A stretch of 64,000 nucleotides of DNA from positions 5,580,001 through 5,644,000 of the forward strand of contig JBHGNT010000021.1 of assembly GCA_043228905.1 (NCBI GenBank). Reading direction: 5' to 3'. Positions 24,511-38,677 of this stretch are shown here, piece after piece. The notes under the pieces are model-generated. The model did no database searches. It saw only the letters and a program-made list of their open reading frames with translations, and was not told the origin of the DNA. The position numbers and the translations under genes were made by a program. The first letter of the stretch is position 1. The number at the start of each line of letters is the position of its first letter. Source of the DNA: Azolla caroliniana. Lineage: Eukaryota > Plantae > Polypodiophyta.

Positions 24511-26385
24511 GGCAAGTTTATTATTGTCAAAAAATTAAGGATAGACGGCAAGCCAAAGTTTGTCATTATTATAAGTTTAATTACCAGTGAAAATTTTAAG
24601 GTCGAGAAAGAACCAAAGTCAAAGGTTGTCATTAAGTTGGACTTAGTAGTAATGTTGAAATTAACCACAAAGTCAAAGTTGATAGGTACATTGAAGTTGG
24701 CAATAAACACAATTGACCAACATGCACTCTTAAATTAATTTGCATATTACCAATTAAACAAAAAAATGAACCAAGTTCCTGTAAAGACTCTGTGATTATA
24801 ACATTTTCTTGCAAGGTGGTAGGGATTATTAAAACAATGAGTTAAGATTGATTTTGTTATTATAACATATAAAAGATTTAGAAAACACACATACAATAAC
24901 AACGCGCAATCTTCCTTATAAACCAAGAAGTCCAACCAAGAATACAAAGGGGCTCTCTACATTTTCTCCTCAATCAGTGCCCTATACACCTCATTCTAAA
25001 ACCAAACAAAATGATGTTGTAGAACTTGTGCACGTGAAATGATGTTGTAGAACCCCATCAAGTGTGGACTAATTCAAGCTTTATTATCCTTCTGTGCAAC
25101 ACAATGAAGAACACTTGATCAAAACATGTTAGTTTGTTTGAATCTCTAGAGCCTTTTCGAAGCATCTTGTCATTGCACGTCTTTAGAAATGTTGAGATGT
25201 TGCCATCTTGAAATCAATTGATAATCTTGAGCACTTTTTTTATGATTACCATGTTGTCGCGTTACTATGCGCATGCGTGGAGAAACGAGGCGGGATCACC
25301 GGGGTCTTGAACCGAAGGGCAGGTGATAGGAGGGGAAAGAGAAAGAGAGAGATGACCGGTAACGTATGAGCGAAGAAACACAGGGACACGGCCCTGTCAA
25401 CGCAGAACACACGAGTGGACACAGAGACAGAGAGACACGAATGTTTGTATATTAACAAATGACACAAAACAACAGAGCACACGAGCGGTTACAACCGAAC
25501 AGGCCGGCGAACAGATGCCGATGCCTGCTCGTCTGCGCGCGAAAGGGGATAGGATGGAGGTGCTGCCGGAAGCACACGGGCGTTCCTCGAAGCAGCGCGA
25601 GCCTCCTGAAATCCTGCAGAGAAGAGCGATGGAGAATGAACAGAGGAGAAGCGTTCGGTTACGGTTCGACAGCACTTCGTCCTCCTCAATGCCCCTCTCC
25701 CTTTTCCCCGCGTCCCCCTCTCTTTTATAGCTTCAGGAAGGGAGCCGTCTCCCTCATTTACCTCCTACCTACCGAATCTAACTACCCCGGATATGCCTAT
25801 GTAGCTAATTCCCTATTATATACATTAAAGGGGCGCGCACGCGTGAAGAGCCGGTTCACGCGCGCTATGCACCGATTGCGCTAAGGGACGGTTTTCTTCA
25901 CGACATCCGCCCCCACCTAACCGCGCATCCACCGTATTAGAGATTAGGTACTAAAGTAAGCATAAAATAAGGATATATCAATGATAGATCTAGAAAGAAT
26001 AGAGAGAAAAGAGAGAAAGAAGGGTGCCGATCCACCCGACCACCCCCGAGCGAAGGGATCGAGACGGACTCGAGCCTCGACCGGCGTCCCATACCACCGC
26101 CTTGGCGTCGAGTCGTACCTGGACGATAGCGCGCTTGCTACAAGAGTCGTTCCACTCACGGACAGAGTCTCGACGTAGTCAATGCATGCCCCAATGAGGG
26201 TAGCTAGGCCTCTTATTTATAGTAATTCTCAAGGCCCCCAGCCATGTTCACACTTGGCCTCATGGGTTGTCTCAATCCCGAGGATTAAAAGTAATCCTCC
26301 CCTTCTTTAGACTCTTTGTTTAACCCTCACACTTATCCACGTGTATAGAATACTACGACAATTCTCACCACGGGATATTATATGG

Positions 26386-29300
26386 TCATGCCCGTAACAT
26401 ACTCCCCCTCTTTAAAACATTGCACTCTTGCAATGGAAAGTTAGGGAAGTTAGTTCTTAGAGTCGTTTCGCGTTCCCATGTGGCATCTTTGATTGATTTA
26501 TCCATCCATTTTATTTTAAATTCTCGGATTTCCTTAGCACGTAATTTTTTTGTTTTAACATCGAGAATTCTTTCTGGTACATGTGGTTTAGAAGATAAAT
26601 CTTCAGAAGTAACCAGAGTTTCAGTTGTAACTGTATTGTCGCCAGAACCTAGAAGTTCTTTTAGACGACTTACATGAAAGCCTGGATGGATTCCAACACC
26701 ATCGGGAAGAGCGAGACGATAGGCTGATGATCCAATGCGTTTGAGGACTGTAAAAGGTCCACAAAACCGTGGGGCTAACTTAGCGCACTTACCCGTAGAC
26801 AATGTCTTAGAATTGTGAGGTACACGTAAAAATACCTTCTGTCCAGGGTTGAATACACGAGGTTGCCTGTGATGATCGGCATAAAAACGCGCTCTATCTT
26901 GAGCTGTTTTTATATTATCCCGTGCAATATGCAACATATCTTGCATATCCCGAAGAAAGTTTTGCGTACTTCGCAACTCATCATGATGTATATTAACATC
27001 AATCGGGGCTCGTGGCTGAAATCCATACATCAACATAAAAGGACTATATCCCGTCGACGTATGCTTGGAGCTGTTATAAGCAAACTCCAAAATTGGGAGG
27101 TAACGTTCCCATTTTGTTGGTTTTGCACCAACGTATGCTCGAAGCATGTCCTCAATAATTTGATTTACTCGTTCTGTCTGTCCATCGGATTGAGGATGAT
27201 CCGTGGAGCTCATGCTCAACGTAGTTTCTAACTTCTTAAAGACTTGCGTCCAGAAGTCACTAGTAAACTTCGGATCTCGGTCACTCACGATATCCATCGG
27301 TAACCCGTAAAAACGAAATAACTCATCAACGAATTGGTAAGCCAATTCAGGAGCTGTTACCGTGGTTTTAGTAGCAATAAATCTGGCCATTTTAGTTAGT
27401 CTGTCAACCACAACCCATATGGCAGCATGACCTTTTTGGGTGCGAGGAAGGCTAACAATAAAATCCATGGATATACTTTCCCACTTATTATTGGGAATGT
27501 CCAAGGGATGTAAAAGTCCTGCGGCTTTAAGTCGCTCGGCTTTGTTAACCTGACATTGGTGACATTTAGTCACATAGCTATGTATGTCAGGACGCATCTT
27601 AGGCCAATAAAATTGAGTGGAGATGAGAACGAGTGTACGATGTATTCCAGGGTGCCCTGCTGAGGGTGCATCATGGCATTCAAAAAGAATTCTCTTTTTG
27701 ACCTCAGGTAAATCTGGAACACAAACCTTCCCATTACGGTAGAGCAGACCGTTAGCAATGTGGAAGTATTCCTTCGAGGGTGTGGTGGTGTCTGTTCCAG
27801 ACTCGACTCTTGCCCAGTATTTTGCAAAATAATTGTCATCAGGATACTTTCCTCGAAGGTGATCATAAAGATCTGATGTTATTTCAGTGAAGCTAAGCAT
27901 GTTAACTTCACGGATGCGACTTAGTGCATCAGCGACAGTATTCATGGAACCTTTACGATATCGTATGGAAAAATCAAAGTCCTGGATGAGATCAGCCCAT
28001 CGTGCCTTACGACCTTTCAGGTCTTGTTGGTTACAAAAATATTTCAAGGACTCGTGGTCCGTAGTTACCACAAAGCGATTTCCATAAAGATAATGGCGCC
28101 ATGTTTTGAGCGCATGTATAACCGCAAATAATTCCTTTTCTTGAACGGTATACCGACATTGAGCAGAATCAAGTTTCTTACTCTCGAATGCTATTGGTTT
28201 ACCATCTTGATACAAGACAGCACCTATAGCATAATCGCTTGCGTCGGTTTCAACCTCAAAAGGTTTTGAAGGATCGGGTAAAAGAAGTGAAGGAGCCTTG
28301 CATACCAAGTCCTTGAGTTCCTTAAAGGCGAGGTCTAGTGTAGCATTCCACACAATAGGTTTTGTAGACTTACGCGTTTGACCTTTCAGAAGATCAGTAA
28401 ACGGCGTCGTCAAGTGTGAGTAATTACGAAGAGATTTTCGCAAAAATCCGACAAAACCAAGGAATGATCGAACTTCTCGAATATTCCGAAGAGTGGGCCA
28501 AAGCTTGATTTTCTCGATGCGAGAAGGATCAATTTCAACTCCTCGTTCGGTTATGAGATGTCCAAGATAAGTAATTGATTTCTTGAAGAACTCACATTTT
28601 GAGATCTTCGCGTAAAATTGTTTGTCACGCAATATTTGTAAAACAAAGCGGACATGTCTAGCATGTTCTTGTAATGTACGGCTATAAACTAAAATATCAT
28701 CTAAGAAGATAACGACAAATTTTCCAAGTTGTTCTCGGAAAATGTCATTCATTTCTTGTTGAAATGTAGCCGGAGCATTGGTCAAACCAAAAGGCATAAC
28801 CAAAAACTCATAATGGCCGTAGCGCGTACGAAATGCTGTTTTAGGAACATCGTCCTCACTTATTCGTATTTGATGGTAGCCAGTACGGAGATCAAGTTTC
28901 GTAAAATACCGAGCTCCCTGGAGACGGTCAATTAGATCGTCAGCCCGGGGCAATGGGTACGAATTCTTGATCGTCACTTTATTCAAGCGTCGGTAATTAA
29001 TACACATACGCCATGTGCCCTCTTTCTTTTTAACCAAGAGAACTGGTGCACCCCATGGAGATTTACTATAACGTATATAACCCATTCGTAAATAGTCCTT
29101 AAGTTGCTTAGCTACCTCATCCTCTTCAGATCGACTTAGGCGATACGGAGGTATACTAATGGGTGCAATGCCAGGTACAATATCTATACGATGGTCTATA
29201 TTACGTTTAGGAGGTAAACCATCGGGTAGTTCACTCGGAAAAACATCACGAAAATCGTTTACGATTTCATCAAGTTGTTTTTGTTCAAAATATGTTAATT

Positions 29301-30909
29301 GACCCGAGACATTATCGATATTGTAAACGTGAATGTCCGGATCAAGTACACAATAAAATAACGTAGAACAAGACAACTCGGATATTGATGGACACGAGGA
29401 AACAATCGAGAGGGATTGTTTTGTTACACATTGAATAAAATGCGTACAATCGTTGAGTACAAAAGAAATGGAATGGCGAACCCAATCAATAAATAAAGAA
29501 GAGCTTTTATTATAAAACCAGGGATAACCCAGTATTACATCGGTGGTACTAAGATTCATTACATGGAAGTCTACTTCCTCTATATAGGTATCAATAGAAA
29601 TTCCTAAAGAATGAATCGCCCCGTTGATGTGTTGTACTCTTCCATCAGCCAAGTGCACCGTGTAGGTGTGATCACTTACGGTGGGTTGGATTCCCCATAT
29701 CTGTACCAAACGATCATTCACAAAATTGTGTGAGCTTCCCGAATCAAATAAAAATTGTACGGGAGATCCATTGATATACCCGTTTGCACGTAGTAAATCA
29801 TTGGGACCCAATACATAATGAGGGAAAGAACATTGACAATTACTCAAATGATGTGTATAGACCTGAAGGACATTAGGAATCTGACCTTTATGATCTGTAG
29901 CTTTAGGTTTGGCGTCGTGCTCTTTTCGTTGGAGCTTACGACATTGCTCTTTTGTATGACCCTTCTTTTTGCAGAATACGCAAAAAGGATGTTGTCGCTT
30001 ATAATCGCGATCCATGAATTCGTTGGGTGTCTTGCGTTTCCCAACGAATTGCGACTGCTTAGTCCCGGGCGCTTCGTTGGGTTTGTTATGGTCCTTCTTC
30101 GAAGTGCGTTGATAGCGAAGAACTATCTCAACGGCCTCTTCGAAGGATTTTGGATCCTTATCGTGCACTATCCAGTGATAGTCCGAATTGGGGATGCCAT
30201 TGACAAAACAAGCTATTAACCAATTGTCCCCTTCTAGACCCGATTTTTGGATTTGGGTTCTAGCATGGTGGACATAGTCTTCTAGCGAGGAAAACTTCCT
30301 GCTAGAGAGGTTCATTAAAGCTTGTGCTGCCTCGGTTCGAGAGGGAGGTTGTAGAAATTGACCCTTGAAAACTGTGACAAAGTCTGTCCAGGTCTCGGGC
30401 AATCTCCCCAAAGTTCGGAGCCCACGCCACCAAGCGGCGGCCTTACCCCCTAGTTCTCGGCCGACATATGCAATCTTCGTACTATCTGGCGTGGGATAGA
30501 GCTCAAAATGAGACTCCCATCGGCCCAGCCACGTGCAGATTGCTTCTTCGGTTCTTTCCTTTTTATCTCCCGTAAATGGCTTTACGACAAATGATGGTTC
30601 ACCCTGACGCTCATCAGGTCTATTAATCTCATTTTGGAGACTAATGACTCGTGCCTCGAGAGCACTTTGAGATTGCCGAAATTCGGTCAACTGCTGCGCG
30701 GTTGAACTAAGGAAATGTTGTACTTGTAAAATATACGCCTCAATGGACATTGTCCCAGGAGGATTTCCTTGAGGTCTTTCCGCTTGAGCGGAGGGCATCG
30801 GGTCGTTATTCTGAGCCATTGAATGATTATTTCTGGCAAAGAAATAAGATAAGGTCAGACAAATAGTCATAACATCTTGTCGTGGTGTAAACATATCATG
30901 GGCAAACAT
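26386..30909 (-). CDS. Gag-Pol polyprotein of the chromovirus (Gag, Zn knuckle, protease, RT, RNase H, integrase, chromodomain), 1507 aa
   Basis: Uninterrupted ORF with [56 protein letters not shown] plus D,D35E, GPF, and the chromodomain PERILD...FKIKW...DATWE. The stop lies inside the 3' LTR. The start could instead be the ATG at 30819. Confidence 0.95.
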   Translation of the reverse strand: MFAHDMFTPRQDVMTICLTLSYFFARNNHSMAQNNDPMPSAQAERPQGNPPGTMSIEAYILQVQHFLSSTAQQLTEFRQSQSALEARVISLQNEINRPDERQGEPSFVVKPFTGDKKERTEEAICTWLGRWESHFELYPTPDSTKIAYVGRELGGKAAAWWRGLRTLGRLPETWTDFVTVFKGQFLQPPSRTEAAQALMNLSSRKFSSLEDYVHHARTQIQKSGLEGDNWLIACFVNGIPNSDYHWIVHDKDPKSFEEAVEIVLRYQRTSKKDHNKPNEAPGTKQSQFVGKRKTPNEFMDRDYKRQHPFCVFCKKKGHTKEQCRKLQRKEHDAKPKATDHKGQIPNVLQVYTHHLSNCQCSFPHYVLGPNDLLRANGYINGSPVQFLFDSGSSHNFVNDRLVQIWGIQPTVSDHTYTVHLADGRVQHINGAIHSLGISIDTYIEEVDFHVMNLSTTDVILGYPWFYNKSSSLFIDWVRHSISFVLNDCTHFIQCVTKQSLSIVSSCPSISELSCSTLFYCVLDPDIHVYNIDNVSGQLTYFEQKQLDEIVNDFRDVFPSELPDGLPPKRNIDHRIDIVPGIAPISIPPYRLSRSEEDEVAKQLKDYLRMGYIRYSKSPWGAPVLLVKKKEGTWRMCINYRRLNKVTIKNSYPLPRADDLIDRLQGARYFTKLDLRTGYHQIRISEDDVPKTAFRTRYGHYEFLVMPFGLTNAPATFQQEMNDIFREQLGKFVVIFLDDILVYSRTLQEHARHVRFVLQILRDKQFYAKISKCEFFKKSITYLGHLITERGVEIDPSRIEKIKLWPTLRNIREVRSFLGFVGFLRKSLRNYSHLTTPFTDLLKGQTRKSTKPIVWNATLDLAFKELKDLVCKAPSLLLPDPSKPFEVETDASDYAIGAVLYQDGKPIAFESKKLDSAQCRYTVQEKELFAVIHALKTWRHYLYGNRFVVTTDHESLKYFCNQQDLKGRKARWADLIQDFDFSIRYRKGSMNTVADALSRIREVNMLSFTEITSDLYDHLRGKYPDDNYFAKYWARVESGTDTTTPSKEYFHIANGLLYRNGKVCVPDLPEVKKRILFECHDAPSAGHPGIHRTLVLISTQFYWPKMRPDIHSYVTKCHQCQVNKAERLKAAGLLHPLDIPNNKWESISMDFIVSLPRTQKGHAAIWVVVDRLTKMARFIATKTTVTAPELAYQFVDELFRFYGLPMDIVSDRDPKFTSDFWTQVFKKLETTLSMSSTDHPQSDGQTERVNQIIEDMLRAYVGAKPTKWERYLPILEFAYNSSKHTSTGYSPFMLMYGFQPRAPIDVNIHHDELRSTQNFLRDMQDMLHIARDNIKTAQDRARFYADHHRQPRVFNPGQKVFLRVPHNSKTLSTGKCAKLAPRFCGPFTVLKRIGSSAYRLALPDGVGIHPGFHVSRLKELLGSGDNTVTTETLVTSEDLSSKPHVPERILDVKTKKLRAKEIREFKIKWMDKSIKDATWERETTLRTNFPNFPLQECNVLKRGSMLRA

Positions 30910-32009
30910 TAATCGATATCATGATCTCACGTCAATACCCCTCTAGACGTATGAGATGAGGTTCAAGATCAGGTTACTATGGTAACACAGAGGTGTTTTA
31001 AAAACCATGGGGGTGACAAATGAATGCCTTTCCCTGATCTCTATATCGATTTTTTTCATGGCGGCTCCCCGAGGCTCAACCATGTATGTTCGCGTCATGA
31101 ATAGTTTATACACGAAAAAAATGTTAACAATAACTATGTTTCTGTGCCCACATATGTGGTTTCGGCTCTTTAAGTCCTATTACGAGGACCCCGAAGTGCA
31201 CTTAGACCTAAAGTCTAAACATGTATTATAGTCATATGTATCAACGATGTTGTATGGTGTTGGTCATATTTGAACTCGAGACGTCGAGGACAAATACATT
31301 AAACACTTGAGCCAACCAAGTAGATTGCGCGTCTTGAATGTTTAATGTTGAGGGGTATTCGAGATATGCGAGGCATTTGCCCCTATATGTTTTTTTTAAA
31401 AGAAACATATAGGTCAAGTGGCCTTATTTCTCCCTCATTTATTACCCACTATGGTTGTACGCTACCTACCCTCAAGCCTCGTAAGTACAATGGCATATGC
31501 CAAAGTGTAACCTAATGGTCAAGCCGAATGAGCCCTTGTGTCTTCGTAGGCTCATGTGGCCCATCACATGGTCACGTCATTACGAATGGCGCTCGTAAGA
31601 ACGAGCTCATGGTGGCATCGTATCCATGTAACGAGGGGAGATGTTGGATACGTGTGTCATTAGAGCGACCCTACTTGATGTGGATCAAGCCCGACGTATT
31701 CAACATCATTTTGGCTATACGAGGTTCGTTACGTAACGAAAGATCAAAGTGACCAACGGGAATTTCAACAATAAAAATTGTTGATAAAAGGGATGGTGAC
31801 AACGCCATTCTCACAAAAATGTGAGGACGGCCACCAAAATCCTCTCCCCAATTAGGAAAACATTTGATATGAATCACGTAATCTAAAATATACACATATG
31901 TCAATATATCACATATATACGATCAGAGACGTATATAAGTGACCACATATGCGTATACTAAATGAATCGTTTTTTTTATATAGCCAACAATGATGTATTC
32001 GGGATACGT

Positions 32010-32260
32010 AATCGAGGCATATACCTCTACGCACACGAAACATCCGAAAATAAGGTTAAGCGTAATTCGCAATTGAGGTATTGACCTCTTACGCATAGTA
32101 AATCCAACGCATATCATTTCGAACGAAGCGAGGTATTGACCTCGTACGCGAACGTAACATATGTTCGTGAACGTAATACGCAATTGAGGTAGTAACCTCG
32201 TACGCATACGACACTCATCACATATGATTTATATGTCAAACGAGGTATTGACCTCGTGGA
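32010..32260. repeat. Array of five GAGGT-N4-ACCTC-type hairpins at ~56-bp period in the chromovirus 5' leader
   Basis: Hairpin cores at 32014 (variant GAGGC), 32075, 32130, 32186 and 32242. Confidence 0.85.
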
Positions 32261-35200
32261 CATATGTAAACGTTTAAGATAACCAATTAAATACCACGTC
32301 AACATCATTGAATATATGAAAAAAAAAACTACATATTAAGTATACACATGTATAGAAGGGAGAAGAAAAATTAGATAAAAAATTAAGGAAAATTTACCGA
32401 AGTTCTTTCGCTAATCCTTGTCTGCATGAAGGCGACCGCACAACGATCAATCGCCATCCCACGCGAAGACAAAAAGAAAACCAAAAGAAACGTTAGTACA
32501 TGAGCTCTGATACCAAATATTAGAGATTAGGTACTAAAGTAAGCATAAAATAAGGATATATCAATGATAGATCTAGAAAGAATAGAGAGAAAAGAGAGAA
32601 AGAAGGGTGCCGATCCACCCGACCACCCCCGAGCGAAGGGATCGAGACGGACTCGAGCCTCGACCGGCGTCCCATACCACCGCCTTGGCGTCGAGTCGTA
32701 CCTGGACGATAGCGCGCTTGCTACAAGAGTCGTTCCACTCACGGACAGAGTCTCGACGTAGTCAATGCATGCCCCAATGAGGGTAGCTAGGCCTCTTATT
32801 TATAGTAATTCTCAAGGCCCCCAGCCATGTTCACACTTGGCCTCATGGGTTGTCTCAATCCCGAGGATTAAAAGTAATCCTCCCCTTCTTTAGACTCTTT
32901 GTTTAACCCTCACACTTATCCACGTGTATAGAATACTACGACAATTCTCACCACGGGATATTATATGGTCATGCCCGTAACACACCGGTATGCGCCAAAA
33001 TTGTGCTTTGGTTGGAGAAAACCCGTCCGAGTTCCGATTCTTCGTCCATCGGTTCGACCTCCGTTACGGACTGTTCGTCGTCGCTGTCCAGGCCTCTTAG
33101 ATCCGGTTCGCCGTCGTGGCGCTTCTTGAACGCTTTGATCCGCTTCCCTGCTACCGGTATCGCCATCCTCGTACCGTCGAGTTCTGCCAGATGATACGTC
33201 CCGTTGTCATTGGCGCTCGTTACCACGTAAGGCCCGAACCACCGCTTTGCAAACTTCCGTGTTGCCCGGTGCTGGTTGTCGAGGCTGCTGTCGTGACTAG
33301 CACCTAGTCGCCTTCCTCGATTTTCTTTGGTCGGAGCCAGTGTGTTCGGTCGAACCGGGCTTTGTTCCTCATCCTCGCCGTCCGAAGTCTCTCCGCCGCT
33401 CGTTCCATGTCCTCTGGCCTCCGCTCGAGCTGCCGTATACGCGCCGCTAGCAGTTCTTCACGGCTCATCTCGTCTCTCCAGTCCACTGTCGCCCAAGAGG
33501 AGATCGTCCGTTCCGTCGGCATGATCGGCTTCTGTCCGAGCATGAGCTCTGACGGCATGAACCCAGTTATCGAACTGTGTGTTGTCCTGTCCGCCCACAA
33601 GGCATAAGGTAACAGTCGTGGCTAGTTCCCGACATGGCCTCCGCATGCCCGGACTAACGCTTTGACGATCGGTCTGTGTCCGCGCTCCACCTTCCCGTTC
33701 GCCTCCGGATTGTACGCTGTGGTGAGCGAGAGCTTGACCCCTAACCGGTCGAACAACTCCTCGGCCTCTTCGGCGTCCAACTCCCCGCGGTCAGCCACGA
33801 TCTTCCCGACGCACCCGTACCGGCATATCACGTCCTCGATCAGGAACCGACACACGGCCGCGGTCGTTTTGTTCTGCAGGGCTCGGCCTTCCACCTGGTT
33901 CGTCAGGTCCTCCCGGGCCAGCACCAGATATCGCATCTGCCCTACGCCCATCGGCATCGTCACCAAATCTACCATCCATTTGAAGTGGATGGCCGGAGGG
34001 TATGTAGGGTGAAGCTCGTCCCGATGTCGGACTATGGAGTGTATCTCACAGCTCTCACAAGTCGTCACGAACCGATGCACGTCCCGGTACAGTCTCGGCC
34101 ACCAGTACTTCCCCTTTAGTTTCTCGAACGTGGCCCGCGTTCCACGGTGTCCAGCCCAGGGGCTGTCGTGGTAGGCCTTCAGTAACTCCTCCTGTTCCTC
34201 CTTCATCGCCACTACTCGGAGCGGGATGCCGTTTCTCTTCTTCGGGTGCTTCCACAAGTATCCATCCCGGAGAAAGAATCGGTACGCTTTCTTCCGGATC
34301 CGGTTGGCCTCGTCCTTTGTCCATGACGCGTCCGGTGTCATCGTCCTTAAGAATCCTCCAATCTGCAGCCACTCCCCATCGTACTTGCTCTCGTTAAAAT
34401 CGTTAAGCGCCGGAGTGCTCCCCCCCTCGGTTGTTACGTAAGCCGCCTCGAAGAAGTCCACGCCGACTTCCTCGTCCTCCGAAACCATGCTGCCCTCGTC
34501 GTCGAATTGCGCCCTCGAAAGCATGTCGGCCATGGCATTGTCTTTCCCGGAAATGTGTCGTATTTCCGGATCCAGGGACTTGATGTACGCTATCCACCTG
34601 AGCATTGCCAGGTCCGGGGTTGCGCATCCGGAAACCATGCCGAGAATCGGCAGGCAGTCCGTCTCGATAATCACCTCTGTCCCGATCAGATAGTCTTTAT
34701 CGGCCTTCACCGTCGAAACGATACCCCAGAGTTTGCGTTTAACCTGGGCGTATCCTCGCTGTCGCTCGCTGAGGACCTTTGCACCGAACCGGATTGGGAA
34801 CCGAATGCCGTCCTCATCTTCTTGGTTGACAACCCATCCGATCCCGGTCGGACTCGTATCTACTGTTATGTAGACGGGAGTGCCTTTCTCGTAGACAGCC
34901 TTCCGGAGTGCCGGAGCTGCAGCAAGAGCCTCCTTCATCTTTCGGACCGACTTCGTATGCTCGTCTCGCCACTCGAATTTTTGCCCCTTTTTCAACAACC
35001 CGTATAGCGGCTCGGCAACGTGGGCATAATGCGGGATCCATATGTGGTAGAACGCGCATGCTCCCAAGAACCTCCGTACCTCCGTGACCGAGTTACAGTC
35101 GGGCTTCATTGCGGAGATGGCTTCCACCTTAGCCGGAGACGGTTTCCGGCCATACGGTCCGCATAGATGTCCGACGACCATGATCTCTGATTGCCCGAAG

Positions 35201-36471
35201 GCCGACTTCTCCCCGGAGAAGGTGAGCCTTGCGTCCTCTAGCCTCTACAACACCCTCTCGCAGTCGTCAATGTGTGTCGCCACGAATTTCCGGCATCCGT
35301 CCGGTCCGATCGTTTCGTCCTTTTCCTCCACCGGACATCCCTTGATCGGGATGTCCTCCAAGAATGGCATGGTGATGTCCAGGATACAATCCCTCAGCAC
35401 CTTGTTCATCGCGTTCACCATGTGGGCCACCGAGTTCGTCCCTCCTTGTGGCAGGGTACACATCCGCACTAGGTCGAGAGGAGTCCGCATCGTCGTAATG
35501 TCTTTGCTCTCTACGGCTAGTTGGAACTTATCGTACCCCGAGTACAGATCACCGACCGAGTAGATCGACCTTCCGGCGAAGGCCTCTATGAACTCGTCTA
35601 TCGTTGGTCCAATTCCTGCGTTACGAATGGTCACTCTGTTGACCAGTTGCAGGTCTTGAATGAAGCGCAACGTCCCGTTCTTCTTCGGTACAATAAACCA
35701 CCGGTTCGAGTACGGGGCACTCGACGGTTCGAGGATGCCCATATCGACTTTCTACCTCAACAGCTCCATCAGCTCTGGGATGTGAGCTCTCGGTACCGGA
35801 ATTGGTTTGAGATTCCACGGCACATGTGGTACCGTGAATATCACCATCGGCTTCACGACTGTTGGGTCTACGCACCCGATCTCTCCCGGTGAGAATGCGA
35901 AGGCTTTCCCGTGCCTTCCGAGCATTCTCCGAAACCGGTCTTCTTCCGCCGGCAGTAGGAACCCGCCCCCACAGATTTTGTGCTCCCGTAGCGTTCTGTC
36001 GGTGAAGGTGTGTCCTATGCAGGCCGGATCTCGTAAACTGGGGGCCGACGCGACCCCCTTGATTCGCAACTCGCTGCCCTCCGGTAAGGGTGCCGCGACT
36101 GGCCTTACCTTCCGGTCCACAGTCTTGTACTTCGTGTTAACCCGGGCCATCCGATCCGACTCGAGCCCCCGACTGAAGTCCGCGATGACTTCATACATCT
36201 CTTCTGAACAAACCGGTATCGTCCGGTCCTCTTTAAGGCCTTCTCCGACCACCTCTCGAAGTATTCCAAAGGTATCGTCGAAGGAGACCGCCTCCACAGC
36301 TCCGTTGATTTCCTCGCTGGGCCCGAGAACTCCGCACGCCCGAAGTCGCTCTTCCGCCCTTGTCTTTTCTCGGCCAACGACACCGACTATCGTACACCCT
36401 CCGTTGTCAGAGAAACAAAACTTCCTACTTACGGTACAAGGTTTCTTCGGTTTCGCCTCTATCGTACATTT

Positions 36472-36537
36472 GTGGGGTTTTCCCGGAGTGTCCGGACTGT
36501 CGCGGCCCCACGGCTTGACAGCCCTCTCTAAAAATCC
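36472..36537 (-). promoter_or_regulatory. Candidate -1 programmed ribosomal frameshift signal (G GAT TTT plus pseudoknot) between protease and RT frames
   Basis: The minus strand has G GAT TTT TAG at the protease-frame stop. The -1 frame (GGA TTT TTA GAG) is open into RT. A 6-nt spacer is followed by the stem GGGCTGTC/GACAGTCC, and loop GTGGGG is complementary to downstream CCCCAC. Confidence 0.7.
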
Positions 36538-38677
36538 TCTCGGTTCTCGCCACCGAGGGACTCGCGGTTTCGCTCGTGGTTTGGTCGCACCGTCCGGAAC
36601 TGGACCGAATGACGCCTGTCCTGACTCATGACCCTCGCGTAAGCCGACCCGTTGTCCAGCACCTTGGTCTCCATCCGCGTTGCCGTAATGTACGGTTCTC
36701 CCAGTATGACCGGGTGTGAGGACGTCTCCTGCACAAAGAAGTGCTGGTCTATCTCGATGTCGCCGATCTTGACTCGCACGTTTGGGCAGGCCCCGTGTAG
36801 TTCCTTGGTGGCACGCGTCGCCGCCCGTATCTTCCACCCGTGCTTGGTGTTGATTGGCCATTTCCCCTTCTTGTAGAAGTCCATGGACATCAGGTTTATT
36901 TCCGAACTGTGGTCCACCAGCGCCACCACCGGTTCCTGAACATCTCCGATCTTCACCGGGGTTTCCGTGGTCGCTCGGGCCCAGTGTGGCCTCGAATAGT
37001 GGCTCTCTGCCCACTCGTCTTCCATCACCATGTCCTCCATGTGCGTCGTTCGCACCTCCACCGGCCTTTCCGGTTCTGCCTCCGTCGACAGCCTCTTCCT
37101 CTTCACCAAGTCTACGATGGAGTCGTGGAACTCCTTCTTGGCGATTCCGAGCACCTCCCGCAACGACAGTTCCACCTTGCTGTCGAGGATTCATTCTTCT
37201 AGGACCTTTCGTAGGTCCGTGATCCTTTCGATCTCCGTGCCCAAACAATATCCGCCCTTCTTGTGGTTATCCTGGGCACTGGACTCACTGGCCTCGTTCC
37301 GTTTCGGCCCGAATCGGGTTTCGTATCTCTGTGAGGGTCCGGCCCCTCCGGTTTTACCTACCCGTTTGTCTTCAACCAAAGCCTCGTAGTTCTGGCAAGC
37401 TGCTTCGACGAACCCCGTCTTTTCTTCGACCGGGTCACTTCCACCCGGCTACCTCCTGGACCCGCTTCTCCGCGCGGTCCGCCTCTTCTTTCTTTAGTCG
37501 GGCACTGGCGAGGCCTTCTAGCACTGTCGGCCAGAACCCGGCTTTGCTCTCCTTCTGGGCCTCGCTGCCTCCAACCCGAATGCCGGCTGACGCTGAGTAG
37601 TGGACGGTTTCCGCATGCCGGGCCGCCGCCTCTTCCATCAGCCTTTTCATTCCTCCTCGCCCATCGTTTCGGTTCAGGGCCCTCCGGGTATCGCTGGCGT
37701 GCACTCGACCTTCCCACAGGTACACTACCCGGCTTCTCAAAGCCTCCGCAAAGTCCCCGCAGTCTTTCCGGATGTGGCCGACCTCGTCGCACCACATGCA
37801 CCTATTTCCTGCTGGAGGCCGTCGGTCACGAGCCTGATCGCCGCCTTCCCTCCGAGCCTGGGCGATCTGGAGATCCTTTACCGCCCGTGTCAACTCCTCC
37901 AAAGCTGTCCCCCCGGACGAGCCTCTGACCACGCCGGTCGAAGCCGAACCGGTTTCGAGCCAGTCCCGGGTCTCTTCCTGTCGTGCCTGCGGTATCGGTT
38001 CGAGCTTCCTTGTTGCGACAGGGCCCGCCCCGGTCGCCCCTGTATCAGCCCACTCCCACCGTTTGTCAAAACGGCCGCAGACTCTTTTTACCGCGGCCCA
38101 GTCGGCCGTCAGCCGATCTTCGATTTCCAGTAAGGAGCCCACTTGCTCGCGATCCCGTGCGTCAACCGATTTGACAAACAGTAGGACACGACTTGTGTCC
38201 AGAACGGTCCGATCGAGCGCTGAAAGGCGCGCAAAGAGATCCTCAAACTCCCGGAGGAGTGCCGACGCATTTCTTCCTTTGTCGGGGGACTCCACCCACT
38301 CCATGAAGCCCCGCTTCGAAAGTCGAAGCGCGTCATCCAGCCCGTATTTCTCCAAGAGCCGTCCTTCGAACTCCTCCCAAGTCCGGCTCTCCGCCCGGAC
38401 CTCGAGCACCTCCGCATGGATGCCCGGCATCGCCACTCGAGGGAATCCGGCAAGACGCCTCTCTTCCAGAATATCCCTCATCAACATCTCCGCCCGATAA
38501 GACGCCAAATAACTCGTGGCATCCTTTCCACTAAACTGGCTGATCATACTGACGATCGCCTCAATAGCCTTGTCAAGGGCGCCGGTGCCCTCACGCGCGC
38601 TCACTATCCAGTCCACGGCCGAAGCCATGGCCTCTGCAAGATCCGACCCCCTCATCTTCTGCTCCTCTGCCGCCTTT

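Larger units (their letters stand above)
25935..32982 (-). mobile_element. Young, structurally intact Ty3/gypsy chromovirus
   Basis: 465-bp LTRs at 25935-26399 and 32518-32982 show no difference by eye. Perfect TSD CACCG (25930-34 / 32983-87). PBS TGGTATCAGAGC (tRNA-iMet) at 32504-32515. PPT AGAGGGGGAGTA lies next to 26399. Confidence 0.97.

Noticed and set aside
32010-32260. CRISPR-like look of palindromic repeats with variable spacers
   Set aside because: The context is a eukaryotic retrotransposon leader, repeats are only ~14 bp, spacers resemble each other, and there are no cas genes.
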